Origin: a virus
Taxonomy: Duplodnaviria; Caudoviricetes
Reading direction: 5' to 3' (one strand)
Virus record (IMG/VR): IMGVR_UViG_3300032157_000216
Span: 1-63,785 of that record
DNA length: 63,785 bases
The notes under the pieces were generated by a model. It was not told where the DNA came from. It was given only the letters and a program-made list of their open reading frames with translations, and did not search any database. The position numbers and the translations under genes were made by a program. Each line of letters begins with the position of its first letter. Within the stretch, counting starts at the first letter, position 1. Of this stretch, positions 9,027-17,242 are shown in pieces.

Positions 9027-9034
9027 AAAATTCT

Positions 9035-9167
9035 TGCTGCCCTAAGGAGGAATCGAACCTCGAGTGTATCAGACTCTGAACCTTACCTTGTACCTACTAA
9101 GTGTTCAGTACTCTTTCCCTGATACGTACGAAATACGTACTAACCCTTCAGCGGTTCACATGGGGCA
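9035..9167 (-). ncRNA. Enlarged tRNA-like RNA without a normal anticodon loop
   Basis: Acceptor-like ends, T-arm GAGG-TTCGATT-CCTC, extra hairpin, long interrupted central arm. Confidence 0.6.
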
Positions 9168-9173
9168 TATGTA

Positions 9174-9491
9174 TTATAACTTGTCCGGGTACTTAGAGTC
9201 AAGTACATCAACCGCATGAAACGGACTTGTTCCAATGTCAAGGACTTGAATATTTATAAATCCATTCTCCTCTGTGATCAAACTGTCCTTCGAATCGATT
9301 GATCCACGATACTTGTCATGACCTTTCTTATTCATAAGATCGCCTGTAGCAGGATCAATCGATCCCCATTCAGTCTTGACATTACCCATTGGTTCAACAG
9401 CATAGGTTTTTCCTGTACGAGTAGAATGAATGATGAAACGTCCCGTCTCATCTGTGTTCGTTAAGAATTTTTGTCTTACGTCTTGTCTCAT
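9174..9491 (-). CDS. Hypothetical protein
   Basis: 105 aa ORF with a GAAGGGA RBS. Confidence 0.75.
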   Translation of the reverse strand: MRQDVRQKFLTNTDETGRFIIHSTRTGKTYAVEPMGNVKTEWGSIDPATGDLMNKKGHDKYRGSIDSKDSLITEENGFINIQVLDIGTSPFHAVDVLDSKYPDKL

Positions 9492-9516
9492 ACCATTTCC
9501 CTTCTGTTAAAATCCC

Positions 9517-9614
9517 TGTTCTACAGGTCTTGAACCTGTTACAACGAAGCTTATCGTTACACTTACTTCGCATTAGCTGCATTCTCTGGGGGTAACGCTC
9601 CAGCAAGCAGAACA
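9517..9614 (-). ncRNA. tRNA-like RNA
   Basis: TGTTCT/AGAACA terminal stem, T-arm ACAGG-TTCAAGA-CCTGT and two non-canonical arms. Confidence 0.5.
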
Positions 9615-9618
9615 TTTC

Positions 9619-9695
9619 TGGCAAGGCCTCTCGGACTCGAACCGAGGCATTCATGGCTCAGAACCATGCCGCTCTTCCCCTTAAGCTACGACCCA
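9619..9695 (-). tRNA. tRNA-Gln(CTG), weak acceptor stem
   Basis: CATGG-TTCTGAG-CCATG; G73; CCA. Confidence 0.75.
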
Positions 9696-9701
9696 ATAAA
9701 C

Positions 9702-9777
9702 TGGAGCTCCTAGGGGGAATCGAACCCCTCCTTTACACCTTGAAAGGGTGTCGTCCTCACCAATAGACGATAGAAGC
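9702..9777 (-). tRNA. tRNA-Glu(TTC)
   Basis: ACACC-CTTTCAA-GGTGT; CCA. Confidence 0.9.
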
Positions 9778-9784
9778 ATATACA

Positions 9785-10537
9785 CTAATCTAGACTTCCT
9801 GTAAAGTCCTTCGGAACAAAATGTAGAAAGACTCCTAAAGCACTTTCAAATGAATTAGGCATTGGATCTCTCCAATGTGGATCACGGGTTCCTGAATACA
9901 ACACTGCATCACCTGCGTCAAGTTCAACTCGATTTACTATCTGTTCACGTTCGATAAACAATGGCCATTCTCTTAATGAAATATTTGGTTTACCTTGTAG
10001 CATCATTGAGATATTATATTCACATTGTGGTCGATCAGTATGCTTAGGTAATACAGCACCAACCACATAAGCTGCGGTGAATGCATAACTTGCCTTGATA
10101 GGTTTATCTACGATATAATTTATCATCGTTTCAACATTCTGATGAATCAATCTCATCAACGGTAAGTTATGAACCCACAATCGTTTAGATATATGTCCAA
10201 ATTTGTGTAATTCCGGTTTTAACCAAAAATGATGAGCCATCACAGTTTCAGCATACTCTTTAGTTATCAACTGTGGTATCCTTACCCAACCTTGATTTCT
10301 CATCTGTTCGCGTAACTCTTCCCATGAAAGTCGTCCTTCGGGATTTTGATGCCTGAGGATAAATTCTAATTTCCCTTCCTCAAATGGGGAAGGATACCAT
10401 CCTTGGTAATAAGAATCATAAATCCAAATAATTGGTTTAATTAAGGAATCACTAATGGCCTGGTAATCAACACGATGTGCATTTTTGACGTCGAGTGGAA
10501 CATCATCAGATGTCTGAATTATGTATGTACTCATCAT
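9785..10537 (-). CDS. 2OG-Fe(II) oxygenase
   Basis: LPKHTDRPQCEY, GDAVLYSG, PHWR and FLHF; start placed 5 nt after GATAAATA. Confidence 0.8.
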   Translation of the reverse strand: MMSTYIIQTSDDVPLDVKNAHRVDYQAISDSLIKPIIWIYDSYYQGWYPSPFEEGKLEFILRHQNPEGRLSWEELREQMRNQGWVRIPQLITKEYAETVMAHHFWLKPELHKFGHISKRLWVHNLPLMRLIHQNVETMINYIVDKPIKASYAFTAAYVVGAVLPKHTDRPQCEYNISMMLQGKPNISLREWPLFIEREQIVNRVELDAGDAVLYSGTRDPHWRDPMPNSFESALGVFLHFVPKDFTGSLD

Positions 10538-10551
10538 AATTCTATTTATCA

Positions 10552-10623
10552 TGGCAAGGGCGGTGAGAATCTAACTCACTCCGACAAGGTTCAAAGCCTT
10601 GCGTCGCTACAAGCGTCACCCCA
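10552..10623 (-). tRNA. tRNA-Gln(TTG), compact non-canonical fold
   Basis: GCAAGG-CTTTGAA-CCTTGT 6-bp stem; 3-nt D loop; CCA. Confidence 0.7.
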
Positions 10624-10629
10624 ATTGTT

Positions 10630-10707
10630 TGGTATTCCCATCGGGATTTGAACCCGACTTTCCACCTTGAGAGGGTAGCGTCCTAAATGCCACTAGACGA
10701 TGGGAAT
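10630..10707 (-). tRNA. tRNA-Glu(CTC)
   Basis: CTACC-CTCTCAA-GGTGG; CCA. Confidence 0.9.
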
Positions 10708-10711
10708 GTAA

Positions 10712-10784
10712 TGGACCCTCGTGAAGGACTCGAACCTTCGTAAGTCGATTTCGTAGACCGACCACCAAATCCATTGGACGAGAG
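10712..10784 (-). tRNA. tRNA-Arg(ACG), compact non-canonical fold
   Basis: GTCGGT-CTACGAA-ATCGAC 6-bp stem; no acceptor-D linker; CCA. Confidence 0.7.
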
Positions 10785-11031
10785 ATTATTCGTTATAATG
10801 TCTGCAGAGATTTCTTCTCTGCATCATAAATTCTCTTTCAAGGCGTTCGACATCTCCATCATTTTGTGGATTGCCGGAAGTGATATATCTTTCCAAATCA
10901 TTTCTTATGATCGGATCATTAAACACACTTTTAAAAAATTCAATTATACTTTTCAACATATAAATCTCCTCAGTGTTTATACTGAGTATTTACCGATTTA
11001 CATGCTGCACTGCAACAAAATAGGCAAATTT

Positions 11032-11105
11032 TGGTGATGAGTACAAGAATCGAACTTGTGAATCTACCTTATGAGAGTAGCGTTATACCACTTAACTAAA
11101 TCATC
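11032..11105 (-). tRNA. tRNA(CAT), Met or Ile2
   Basis: CTACT-CTCATAA-GGTAG; CCA. Confidence 0.85.
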
Positions 11106-11111
11106 AATGTT

Positions 11112-11186
11112 TGGAGCGGGATGCGAGGATCGAACTCGCAACTAAACCTTGGCAAGGTCTCGTGTTACCACTAGCACCAATCCCGC
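11112..11186 (-). tRNA. tRNA-Gly(GCC)
   Basis: AGACC-TTGCCAA-GGTTT; GCG acceptor; T73; CCA. Confidence 0.95.
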
Positions 11187-11197
11187 AATGTTCTCTA

Positions 11198-11226
11198 ACT
11201 ATACGACTTATATAGACACATGTCAA
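11198..11226 (-). promoter_or_regulatory. Sigma70-type promoter directly upstream of tRNA-Gly
   Basis: TTGACA-17 nt-TATAGT. Confidence 0.75.
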
Positions 11227-11232
11227 CTGATT

Positions 11233-11763
11233 TTAAATCTTTACAAACTGTTTATCTTCTTCTAATAAAATTGATTGATAATAATCACACTCGTGACCAT
11301 ATGTAATTAAATTCCTTTGTCTAAGAATACCATAAATCTTATCCCATGGTTCCCTGAACGCAAGTTTTAATACAAGCCTATCGCGTGGTTCAGGTTCGAC
11401 ACTATGAATCTTTGAACCAACATCAATCAAAGCACATTCATATGCATATGAACATCCATTTATACGAATGGTGGGCATCCAATCATCTATTAGATTGATA
11501 TTGATACCAACTATTCTATCTATGTCAATATGTTCCGGTAATCTTGTATTCTTATATTGAAATGAAAATCTAGGTAATACATTTAATCCATATAAACCCA
11601 TATCTTGTAAAACAGGATTAACTAATTCCTTACCACCGAATAATTTTAGCCAATAATGTATTTCGCTACCCGAAGTTTGATGATGACGGGCTTTTAGAAA
11701 ATTCTTAAAGAAATATTCTCTTAATATTTGTTTATTGGCGTAATAATTTATGAAACAAAACAT
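11233..11763 (-). CDS. Hypothetical protein, DSBH/2OG-Fe(II)-like
   Basis: LPEHID...IHSV...RLVLK. Confidence 0.55.
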   Translation of the reverse strand: MFCFINYYANKQILREYFFKNFLKARHHQTSGSEIHYWLKLFGGKELVNPVLQDMGLYGLNVLPRFSFQYKNTRLPEHIDIDRIVGININLIDDWMPTIRINGCSYAYECALIDVGSKIHSVEPEPRDRLVLKLAFREPWDKIYGILRQRNLITYGHECDYYQSILLEEDKQFVKI

Positions 11764-12208
11764 CACTAATCTCTTCAAATGTCTTATCAAAGACACTTAT
11801 TTTAAATAATAACCTGTCAGATGAAACATTCAATACAGCATGTTCTACCTGAGTGTTTAATAAACCTGTTTTATAATAACAATCAAATTCTCTAAAATTT
11901 ATAACATCTAAATTATCTGATAAAAGAAAATTAAAACTACAAAGTGTTCCTCTATCTTTATGAAAACCTAGTGAAAATCCTGGCCTCTGAATATAAAATC
12001 TTGGTCTACAGTCTTTCAAATCAAATAATTTTTGAAAATGATCAGATAGTTCTTGAGCATATCCTGTATTGACTCTTTTTATTGCCCAACCATCAAACAC
12101 ATCGCCATTGAGAGGATCGACAAAAGGTTCATAACCTTCCATATCAGACGCTTGAGTTAATAATAACTCTTTATCAAAATCAAAATCAAATTCAATAATT
12201 GGCAACAT
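11732..12208 (-). CDS. Hypothetical protein, DSBH/2OG-Fe(II)-like, paralogue of its neighbour
   Basis: LGFHKD...EHAV...RLLFK. Confidence 0.55.
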   Translation of the reverse strand: MLPIIEFDFDFDKELLLTQASDMEGYEPFVDPLNGDVFDGWAIKRVNTGYAQELSDHFQKLFDLKDCRPRFYIQRPGFSLGFHKDRGTLCSFNFLLSDNLDVINFREFDCYYKTGLLNTQVEHAVLNVSSDRLLFKISVFDKTFEEISDVLFHKLLRQ

Positions 12209-12220
12209 ATGATATTTATC

Positions 12221-12290
12221 TGGAGGTAAGTAAGGATCGCGAATCCTCTCGCCGGGTGCGACCCAGCTCGTCCGCTGTCAACGACTTACC
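12221..12290 (-). ncRNA. Non-canonical tRNA-like RNA (nominal anticodon CGC)
   Basis: GGTAAGT/ACTTACC acceptor, mini D arm, GCTGG-GTCGCAC-CCGGC, T-loop TTCGCGA, TCCA end; lacks G3:U70. Confidence 0.55.
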
Positions 12291-12296
12291 ATAATA

Positions 12297-12389
12297 TGGC
12301 GGGTGAAGGGTCGTGTCGATCGCCTACCGGCTCATCACCGATACACTAGTTTTCAAGACTAAGACTGGGGCCGCCCAGCATCATCACCC
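12297..12389 (-). tRNA. tRNA-Ser(TGA) with 8/4-type, tRNA-Sec-like body
   Basis: 8-bp acceptor, D arm GCTGGG-CGGC-CCCAGT, TTAGT-CTTGAAA-ACTAG, long V arm, bulged 4-bp T stem, G73, CCA. Confidence 0.75.
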
Positions 12390-12445
12390 ATAAAAAGGAA
12401 GATCATAAAGCCATGCGACATCACGGCGCCTCTATGACCTATTAT

Positions 12446-12522
12446 TGGTACCTGGATAGAGAATCGAACTCTACTAATCCCATTTGTAAGAAGGGTGGCT
12501 TCACCAGCTGCACTCTCCAGGC
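12446..12522 (-). tRNA. tRNA-Val(TAC)
   Basis: Loop CTTACAA; CCA. Confidence 0.85.
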
Positions 12523-12532
12523 ATTGTTTGTT

Positions 12533-12602
12533 TACGCATTGCAGGATTCGAACCTGCGTCCCCACCGGGTCTGGTGGCGTTCTACCTTTGAACTAAATCC
12601 GT
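12533..12602 (-). ncRNA. tRNA-like RNA with a 6-nt loop in place of the anticodon loop
   Basis: Canonical D and T arms; CCACC-AGACCC-GGTGG; no CCA. Confidence 0.6.
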
Positions 12603-12684
12603 CTCTATATAAGACTGTCCCATACTATCAGGCGTGGAAGTGATACCTTCTCGCAGAGGGGAATATTAACACAGTCTTAGTGAA

Positions 12685-12760
12685 TGGTACCGATGACTGG
12701 GTTTGAACCAGCGACGCACAACTTTTCAAGCTGCCGCTCTACCAACTGAGCTACATCGGC
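12685..12760 (-). tRNA. tRNA-Phe(GAA)
   Basis: GCAGC-TTGAAAA-GTTGT; CCA. Confidence 0.95.
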
Positions 12761-12768
12761 ATAAATTT

Positions 12769-12845
12769 TGGTGGACACATGAGGGAATCGAACCCTCGAC
12801 ATCCTACTTGCAAGGCAGGCGTTCTCCCAACTGAACTAATGGCCC
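12769..12845 (-). tRNA. tRNA-Ala(TGC)
   Basis: CCTGC-CTTGCAA-GTAGG; G3:U70; CCA. Confidence 0.9.
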
Positions 12846-12995
12846 ATATCTAAAAAATCTACTAACTATTGCCACCTGTCCCCGGATCTATAATAATCGT
12901 CCCCGGGTTTGGACTTACACCGTGCTAACAGGCTATTTATCGGCAGAACTTTAACCATTAACCTGAGCTATAGTAGCAGACCCAGCGCCTGGTGG

Positions 12996-13559
12996 TCAAC
13001 CTGGCTTGTTTGCTGTTCTTTTTCGTTCTCTTATCCAAAGTGCAGCAATCCATTTTTCGCCTTTGGTAACAAGTCTGCCATGATGTGCAGTTGAACTTTT
13101 TATCTTCAAATCTGGATTGCTATAATCAAAGAAGAGAAATTTACCTTCTTCGGGTTCAACCCAAACATTGAGCAATGGAAAATCTGTAGCACCACCTTCA
13201 AAATTATCATTAAGATAAATTATTATTGTTGCTATTCTATTACCATTTTCCTCACACGCCTGCAGAGCTTCGAAACTTTTGAAAAAATCAGAATGAAGTT
13301 TAAATTCATCACCCATTTTATATCGGATAACTTCTAAGTCTTCAAATCGATCTTTATCTATTTCTAATATAGAACTGATTCTATCACAAATTTTTGATAC
13401 AAGTAAATTATTACTATCAGTTCTAGCACTCCATGATCCTCTCATTCCTTTCGGAATAGCGCCATATCCAGAGTAACTTAATAACGTGGAGTCTCTTAGC
13501 TTGTCTTTATATTCTTCAATTAAAGACTGACATTCTTCATGTGTAAGAAAATTCATCAT
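12996..13559 (-). CDS. Prolyl 4-hydroxylase-like 2OG-Fe(II) oxygenase
   Basis: FLTHEEC, RY..GDEFKLHSD, RIATIIIYLND.FEGGATDFP and H.GRLVTKGEKW. Confidence 0.9.
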   Translation of the reverse strand: MMNFLTHEECQSLIEEYKDKLRDSTLLSYSGYGAIPKGMRGSWSARTDSNNLLVSKICDRISSILEIDKDRFEDLEVIRYKMGDEFKLHSDFFKSFEALQACEENGNRIATIIIYLNDNFEGGATDFPLLNVWVEPEEGKFLFFDYSNPDLKIKSSTAHHGRLVTKGEKWIAALWIRERKRTANKPG

Positions 13560-13608
13560 TGTCTTAACAAGAGGAGATTCTCGATATAGTAAACTCTGAC
13601 ATTAAATG

Positions 13609-14181
13609 TTAATTTATTTTTCTCTTTGCTAATTCTTCTGCGTGCATTGGTCCTAACGGTTGCCCATCATAGGCAATAGTTGCACTAGACATAAAATTAT
13701 TCTTACTAACCCATTGTTCAATACTTAAAAAACATACACCACGGTCAAAAGTTCTAATAGAATGATACTCGCCGGGAATTAGTTTAAGACCATAATCTAA
13801 AAATTGATAATGAGGTTTATTTATATCCTTAATATCATCATTAAGCCTTCCAACAGAAGCTAATGATTCATATTCAAGATCAGCTATACCATCTATTTCT
13901 TCCGGTGTTTTACCTCTTAATCCAAACATTTCTCCGGAAACGAAAATAATTATATTGTTGAAATCAATGTGTTTATGCGGAGGGAAATATGAATTTGGTT
14001 TCATTAAATAATATTCGACCTGAAATACATCTTGTCGAAAAATTATTGAACTATAAGTTGTATCTGTCACATATACCCTGGCATCGACCGGAGGATAGAT
14101 TGGTGTCCCCATTGATAGGTACCAATCTGTAAATTCTTCAATCGATGCCCAAGTTTCAGGAATTGTATCCTTATCTTTCAT
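13609..14181 (-). CDS. Cupin-like hypothetical protein
   Basis: FPPHKH...PGEYH. Confidence 0.6.
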   Translation of the reverse strand: MKDKDTIPETWASIEEFTDWYLSMGTPIYPPVDARVYVTDTTYSSIIFRQDVFQVEYYLMKPNSYFPPHKHIDFNNIIIFVSGEMFGLRGKTPEEIDGIADLEYESLASVGRLNDDIKDINKPHYQFLDYGLKLIPGEYHSIRTFDRGVCFLSIEQWVSKNNFMSSATIAYDGQPLGPMHAEELAKRKIN

Positions 14182-14188
14182 AGGCAAA

Positions 14189-14365
14189 TCAATAAGTTGA
14201 TACTGGAGTTACCGGTGCAGTCGGTGCTGGACCTAAATTGATATTTGATGTTCTATCAAGATGTACAACTTTAAATGCAGGAGGAAGTGTATTTTTTGGC
14301 ACTTCTTTCTCTTTCATATTTCTTTCTATTTCTCTCTTGGCAATCTCATTATATTGAATATCCAT
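14189..14365 (-). CDS. 58 aa protein with a Pro-rich C terminus
   Basis: Manual translation MDIQYNEIAKRE...NLGPAPTAPVTPVSTY; fills the gap between two genes; AAGGAAG RBS. Confidence 0.65.
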   Translation of the reverse strand: MDIQYNEIAKREIERNMKEKEVPKNTLPPAFKVVHLDRTSNINLGPAPTAPVTPVSTY

Positions 14366-14366
14366 T

Positions 14367-15746
14367 TTACACTTCCTTATTGATGAAATATTTATTTCCT
14401 ATTTCTTCTCTATTTATCTTTGTAAATCCCCAACGCCGTTCCATACAATGCCAATTGCTACAAGGGTCATATAATGAGGTGTGATTTTTACCACATTTTG
14501 CGGTATACTCAAAAATATCTTCTAATCCCAATTGTATGATAGCATCAACAATATGATATTTCTTTAGAAGTAAGAATGGTAATCTCACATAATCAGGAAA
14601 ATTTGTTGGCCTTACTGGCCCACCATCGAGCCCACTCCCTGGACCGGGTATTTCATTAGAACCCGAAAAGAGAAACATATTATTAGAATATTTTCGTTTT
14701 TCATCAATATTAGTGAAATAATTATGTAACCCGGGTGGAACCTGATCCTGAGGAATTCTATCTACGGGTCCAGGATGAGTTGTAAGTTTTAAAATGTTAC
14801 CATTAACCTTATTTCTAATAATATCAATCATTAGTTCAGCATTGGCTTTATCATCGGTAATTGCTTGACTGTTGAGACTACCGTTATCGCTTGTAATCAT
14901 TATCGGTTTTATGAAATAAGGTACAACCTGTTGGCTATTAAGCCCTCCTAGAATATACAATAATAAAGAGCTATCCATTCCACCGGTAAATCCGACGATT
15001 ATAGTATTATCCGGTTCACGATTCACTGGCAATTCTACTTTCATTATCCGTCTATCGTTTTCCGGACCAACTTCTAGTTCAAACGACGTATCAACAAGTG
15101 GTGGATAAATTATAGGATTTATGTCAACATATTTACTATGATCTAAAAACAATGTAGTTCTTGAATATTCTCTAATCCAAATTGTAGCAAGCCATTTCTC
15201 ACCTTTAGTGACAAGTTTTCCACAATGTTCTGATGCCCGTTTTACGAACGGGTCTGGATCACTGTAATCAAAGTATAGAATACTTCCCTTTTTAGGAGAA
15301 ACCCATAATCTTAACCAAGGAAAATCTGTATCTCCACCTTCAAAATCATCATTGAGATACATCAAAACTGTTGCAATTCTATAACCACCTTTTTCAATAT
15401 TTTTAGCACCATTAGGCCCAGTAATATAATCGGTGTGTCTCTTAAATTCTTCACCAGGAAGATATCTTATAACAGTAATTTTATCAAATCTCGATTTATC
15501 AATTCCTATAATTTTAGAAATTTTATCTCTTATCTGTATACCTATTAAACTTTCATCATCTACAAACGATGCTGAACAATTTCTATGTTTAATAGAAACT
15601 TCAGGATCACCAGAATCTCCATAAATCTTACCGGGTACTAGGTTTGCTCTTGCTTCTTCTATTAATGAATTACATTCCTCATCAGTAAGAGCATTCTCCA
15701 TTAATTTAACTGGTGGTGTTATTCTTAATTCTTGAAATTCTGGCAT
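14367..15746 (-). CDS. Fusion of a prolyl 4-hydroxylase-like oxygenase and a QueC-like PP-loop ATPase domain
   Basis: N half HTD...HCG...KGEKW; C half FTGGMDSS and a Cys-rich tail KC-x10-CSNWHCMERR. Confidence 0.75.
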   Translation of the reverse strand: MPEFQELRITPPVKLMENALTDEECNSLIEEARANLVPGKIYGDSGDPEVSIKHRNCSASFVDDESLIGIQIRDKISKIIGIDKSRFDKITVIRYLPGEEFKRHTDYITGPNGAKNIEKGGYRIATVLMYLNDDFEGGDTDFPWLRLWVSPKKGSILYFDYSDPDPFVKRASEHCGKLVTKGEKWLATIWIREYSRTTLFLDHSKYVDINPIIYPPLVDTSFELEVGPENDRRIMKVELPVNREPDNTIIVGFTGGMDSSLLLYILGGLNSQQVVPYFIKPIMITSDNGSLNSQAITDDKANAELMIDIIRNKVNGNILKLTTHPGPVDRIPQDQVPPGLHNYFTNIDEKRKYSNNMFLFSGSNEIPGPGSGLDGGPVRPTNFPDYVRLPFLLLKKYHIVDAIIQLGLEDIFEYTAKCGKNHTSLYDPCSNWHCMERRWGFTKINREEIGNKYFINKEV

Positions 15747-15782
15747 AATAATCCCTGTTTAAGGTATTTATCTATATATTTT

Positions 15783-15859
15783 TGGTACCCCCGGTTGGAT
15801 TCGAACCTACAACCAATACTTTTTGAGAATATCCGCACTACCGATTAGCGTACGGGGGC
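15783..15859 (-). tRNA. tRNA-Leu(CAA), short variable loop
   Basis: ATATT-CTCAAAA-AGTAT; CCA. Confidence 0.9.
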
Positions 15860-15868
15860 ATAATAGTT

Positions 15869-16036
15869 AACTCTATGGGTTAGCTTCCATCCCTGCTTCC
15901 ACCAGAACAGCAGGGTGTCAAGGTTCCGCCCAAATGGGCAAAGAAGATTGAGTATGGTTCCCCAATCTCAACGGATTGCTAACGCCTCCACAGCGGTTTC
16001 AAACTGCTACACTCCCTGTAGCCCGGCCATAGAGTT
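15869..16036 (-). ncRNA. Putative multi-hairpin ncRNA of unknown family
   Basis: Perfect 10-bp terminal stem AACTCTATGG/CCATAGAGTT enclosing four or more hairpins. Confidence 0.65.
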
Positions 16037-16074
16037 TTTGAAATTTGGAGCCGGCACGTGGATTCACACGTGGA

Positions 16075-17052
16075 TCATCCGGCATTATCTCTTCTTTGTT
16101 GTTTAAGTAAACGATGTTCAGTCTGTTCAATGTATCTCATAATTTCTTGATACATTATTTTATGAAATCTCTTAAACACAGCATATTCTTTATAGTTATC
16201 AGGATTGTGAAATTTATTATTCACATACCATCTTAATTCCTGTGGTAATTCTTTTTTATATTCAGGAAAATGTCGTACATCCATATCATCTAAATCTGCA
16301 TTTTCAATAAACTTTAATGCTTCTTGTTGAGCAAATGCAGGTATTTCCTGAGGACTGGCCCTATATATCTTATCTTCTTCTGGAGTAGTCTCTTCACCAC
16401 GATGCATCTTGCTGATTATCGAATGAAACTTTTCTTTATTTGGTTCAAGATAACTTCTATATTCGGTACGTCCTCTACCTTGTCTCGATTGAGCTGAATG
16501 TTGCATAACATGCACAAGTTCATGCACAACTATCGATATTAATTTGTTTATCTCGCTATCTAATGAGCTTTTATAATACAAACCATAGTTATCTACCGTT
16601 TTGAAGGATCTAAACATTGTTTCAACTATTTTATGTTCCTCTTCGACATTATCTAATGTAACTTGATACATTGATTCAGATATTTCTTTTGCTAAATCAC
16701 TAAGATGGTTATTATTTATTGCCATATCGGTGCCGGATGCATAGCCACCGGTCTTCATATCTTCAAATCTAACACGGCAATCAATGCCAGTATGTGCTTT
16801 TATGATATTTGAAATGCCTTGAGATACCCTTACATCAAGTTGTTCCTTCAACCACTTCTCAACAAACTCCATTGGTTTAGACAATGAAACATTTTTATTT
16901 GCTTCTTCCTTTATTTCAGGATCAAGCTGTGGTTCTTTATAACCTATCTGATGAACACTATCTAAAATCTCGCTCTTTATTTCCTTTTTCAAAGAATTTC
17001 TCAAAGTGGTTGCACTAATCGCTTCAGATAATGAAAAATCAAATAATCTCAT
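16075..17052 (-). CDS. Hypothetical protein with a HExxH zinc-metallopeptidase motif
   Basis: VVHELVHVMQ and a distal EIPAFAQQ. Confidence 0.65.
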   Translation of the reverse strand: MRLFDFSLSEAISATTLRNSLKKEIKSEILDSVHQIGYKEPQLDPEIKEEANKNVSLSKPMEFVEKWLKEQLDVRVSQGISNIIKAHTGIDCRVRFEDMKTGGYASGTDMAINNNHLSDLAKEISESMYQVTLDNVEEEHKIVETMFRSFKTVDNYGLYYKSSLDSEINKLISIVVHELVHVMQHSAQSRQGRGRTEYRSYLEPNKEKFHSIISKMHRGEETTPEEDKIYRASPQEIPAFAQQEALKFIENADLDDMDVRHFPEYKKELPQELRWYVNNKFHNPDNYKEYAVFKRFHKIMYQEIMRYIEQTEHRLLKQQRRDNAG

Positions 17053-17079
17053 ACTGCTATTTATCAGTATTTTATTGTT

Positions 17080-17155
17080 TGGACGCTCGGGTGAGAATTT
17101 AACTCACACAATACCGTTTTGCAGACGGCCCCGTTAAACATTCCGGCACCGAGCG
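17080..17155 (-). tRNA. tRNA-Cys(GCA)
   Basis: GCCGT-CTGCAAA-ACGGT; T73; CCA. Confidence 0.85.
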
Positions 17156-17161
17156 ATTAAT

Positions 17162-17235
17162 TGGGGTGAGGGTGGGTTACGATCCCACGCCCGTCGTTTC
17201 ACAGACGACAATTCTGCCATTAAACTAACCTCACC
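17162..17235 (-). tRNA. tRNA-His(GTG)
   Basis: GTCGT-CTGTGAA-ACGAC; G-1:C73; CCA. Confidence 0.9.
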
Positions 17236-17242
17236 ATAATCT

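Noticed and set aside
12297-12389. tRNA-Sec
   Set aside because: The anticodon loop reads CT-TGA-AA (Ser), not TCA.
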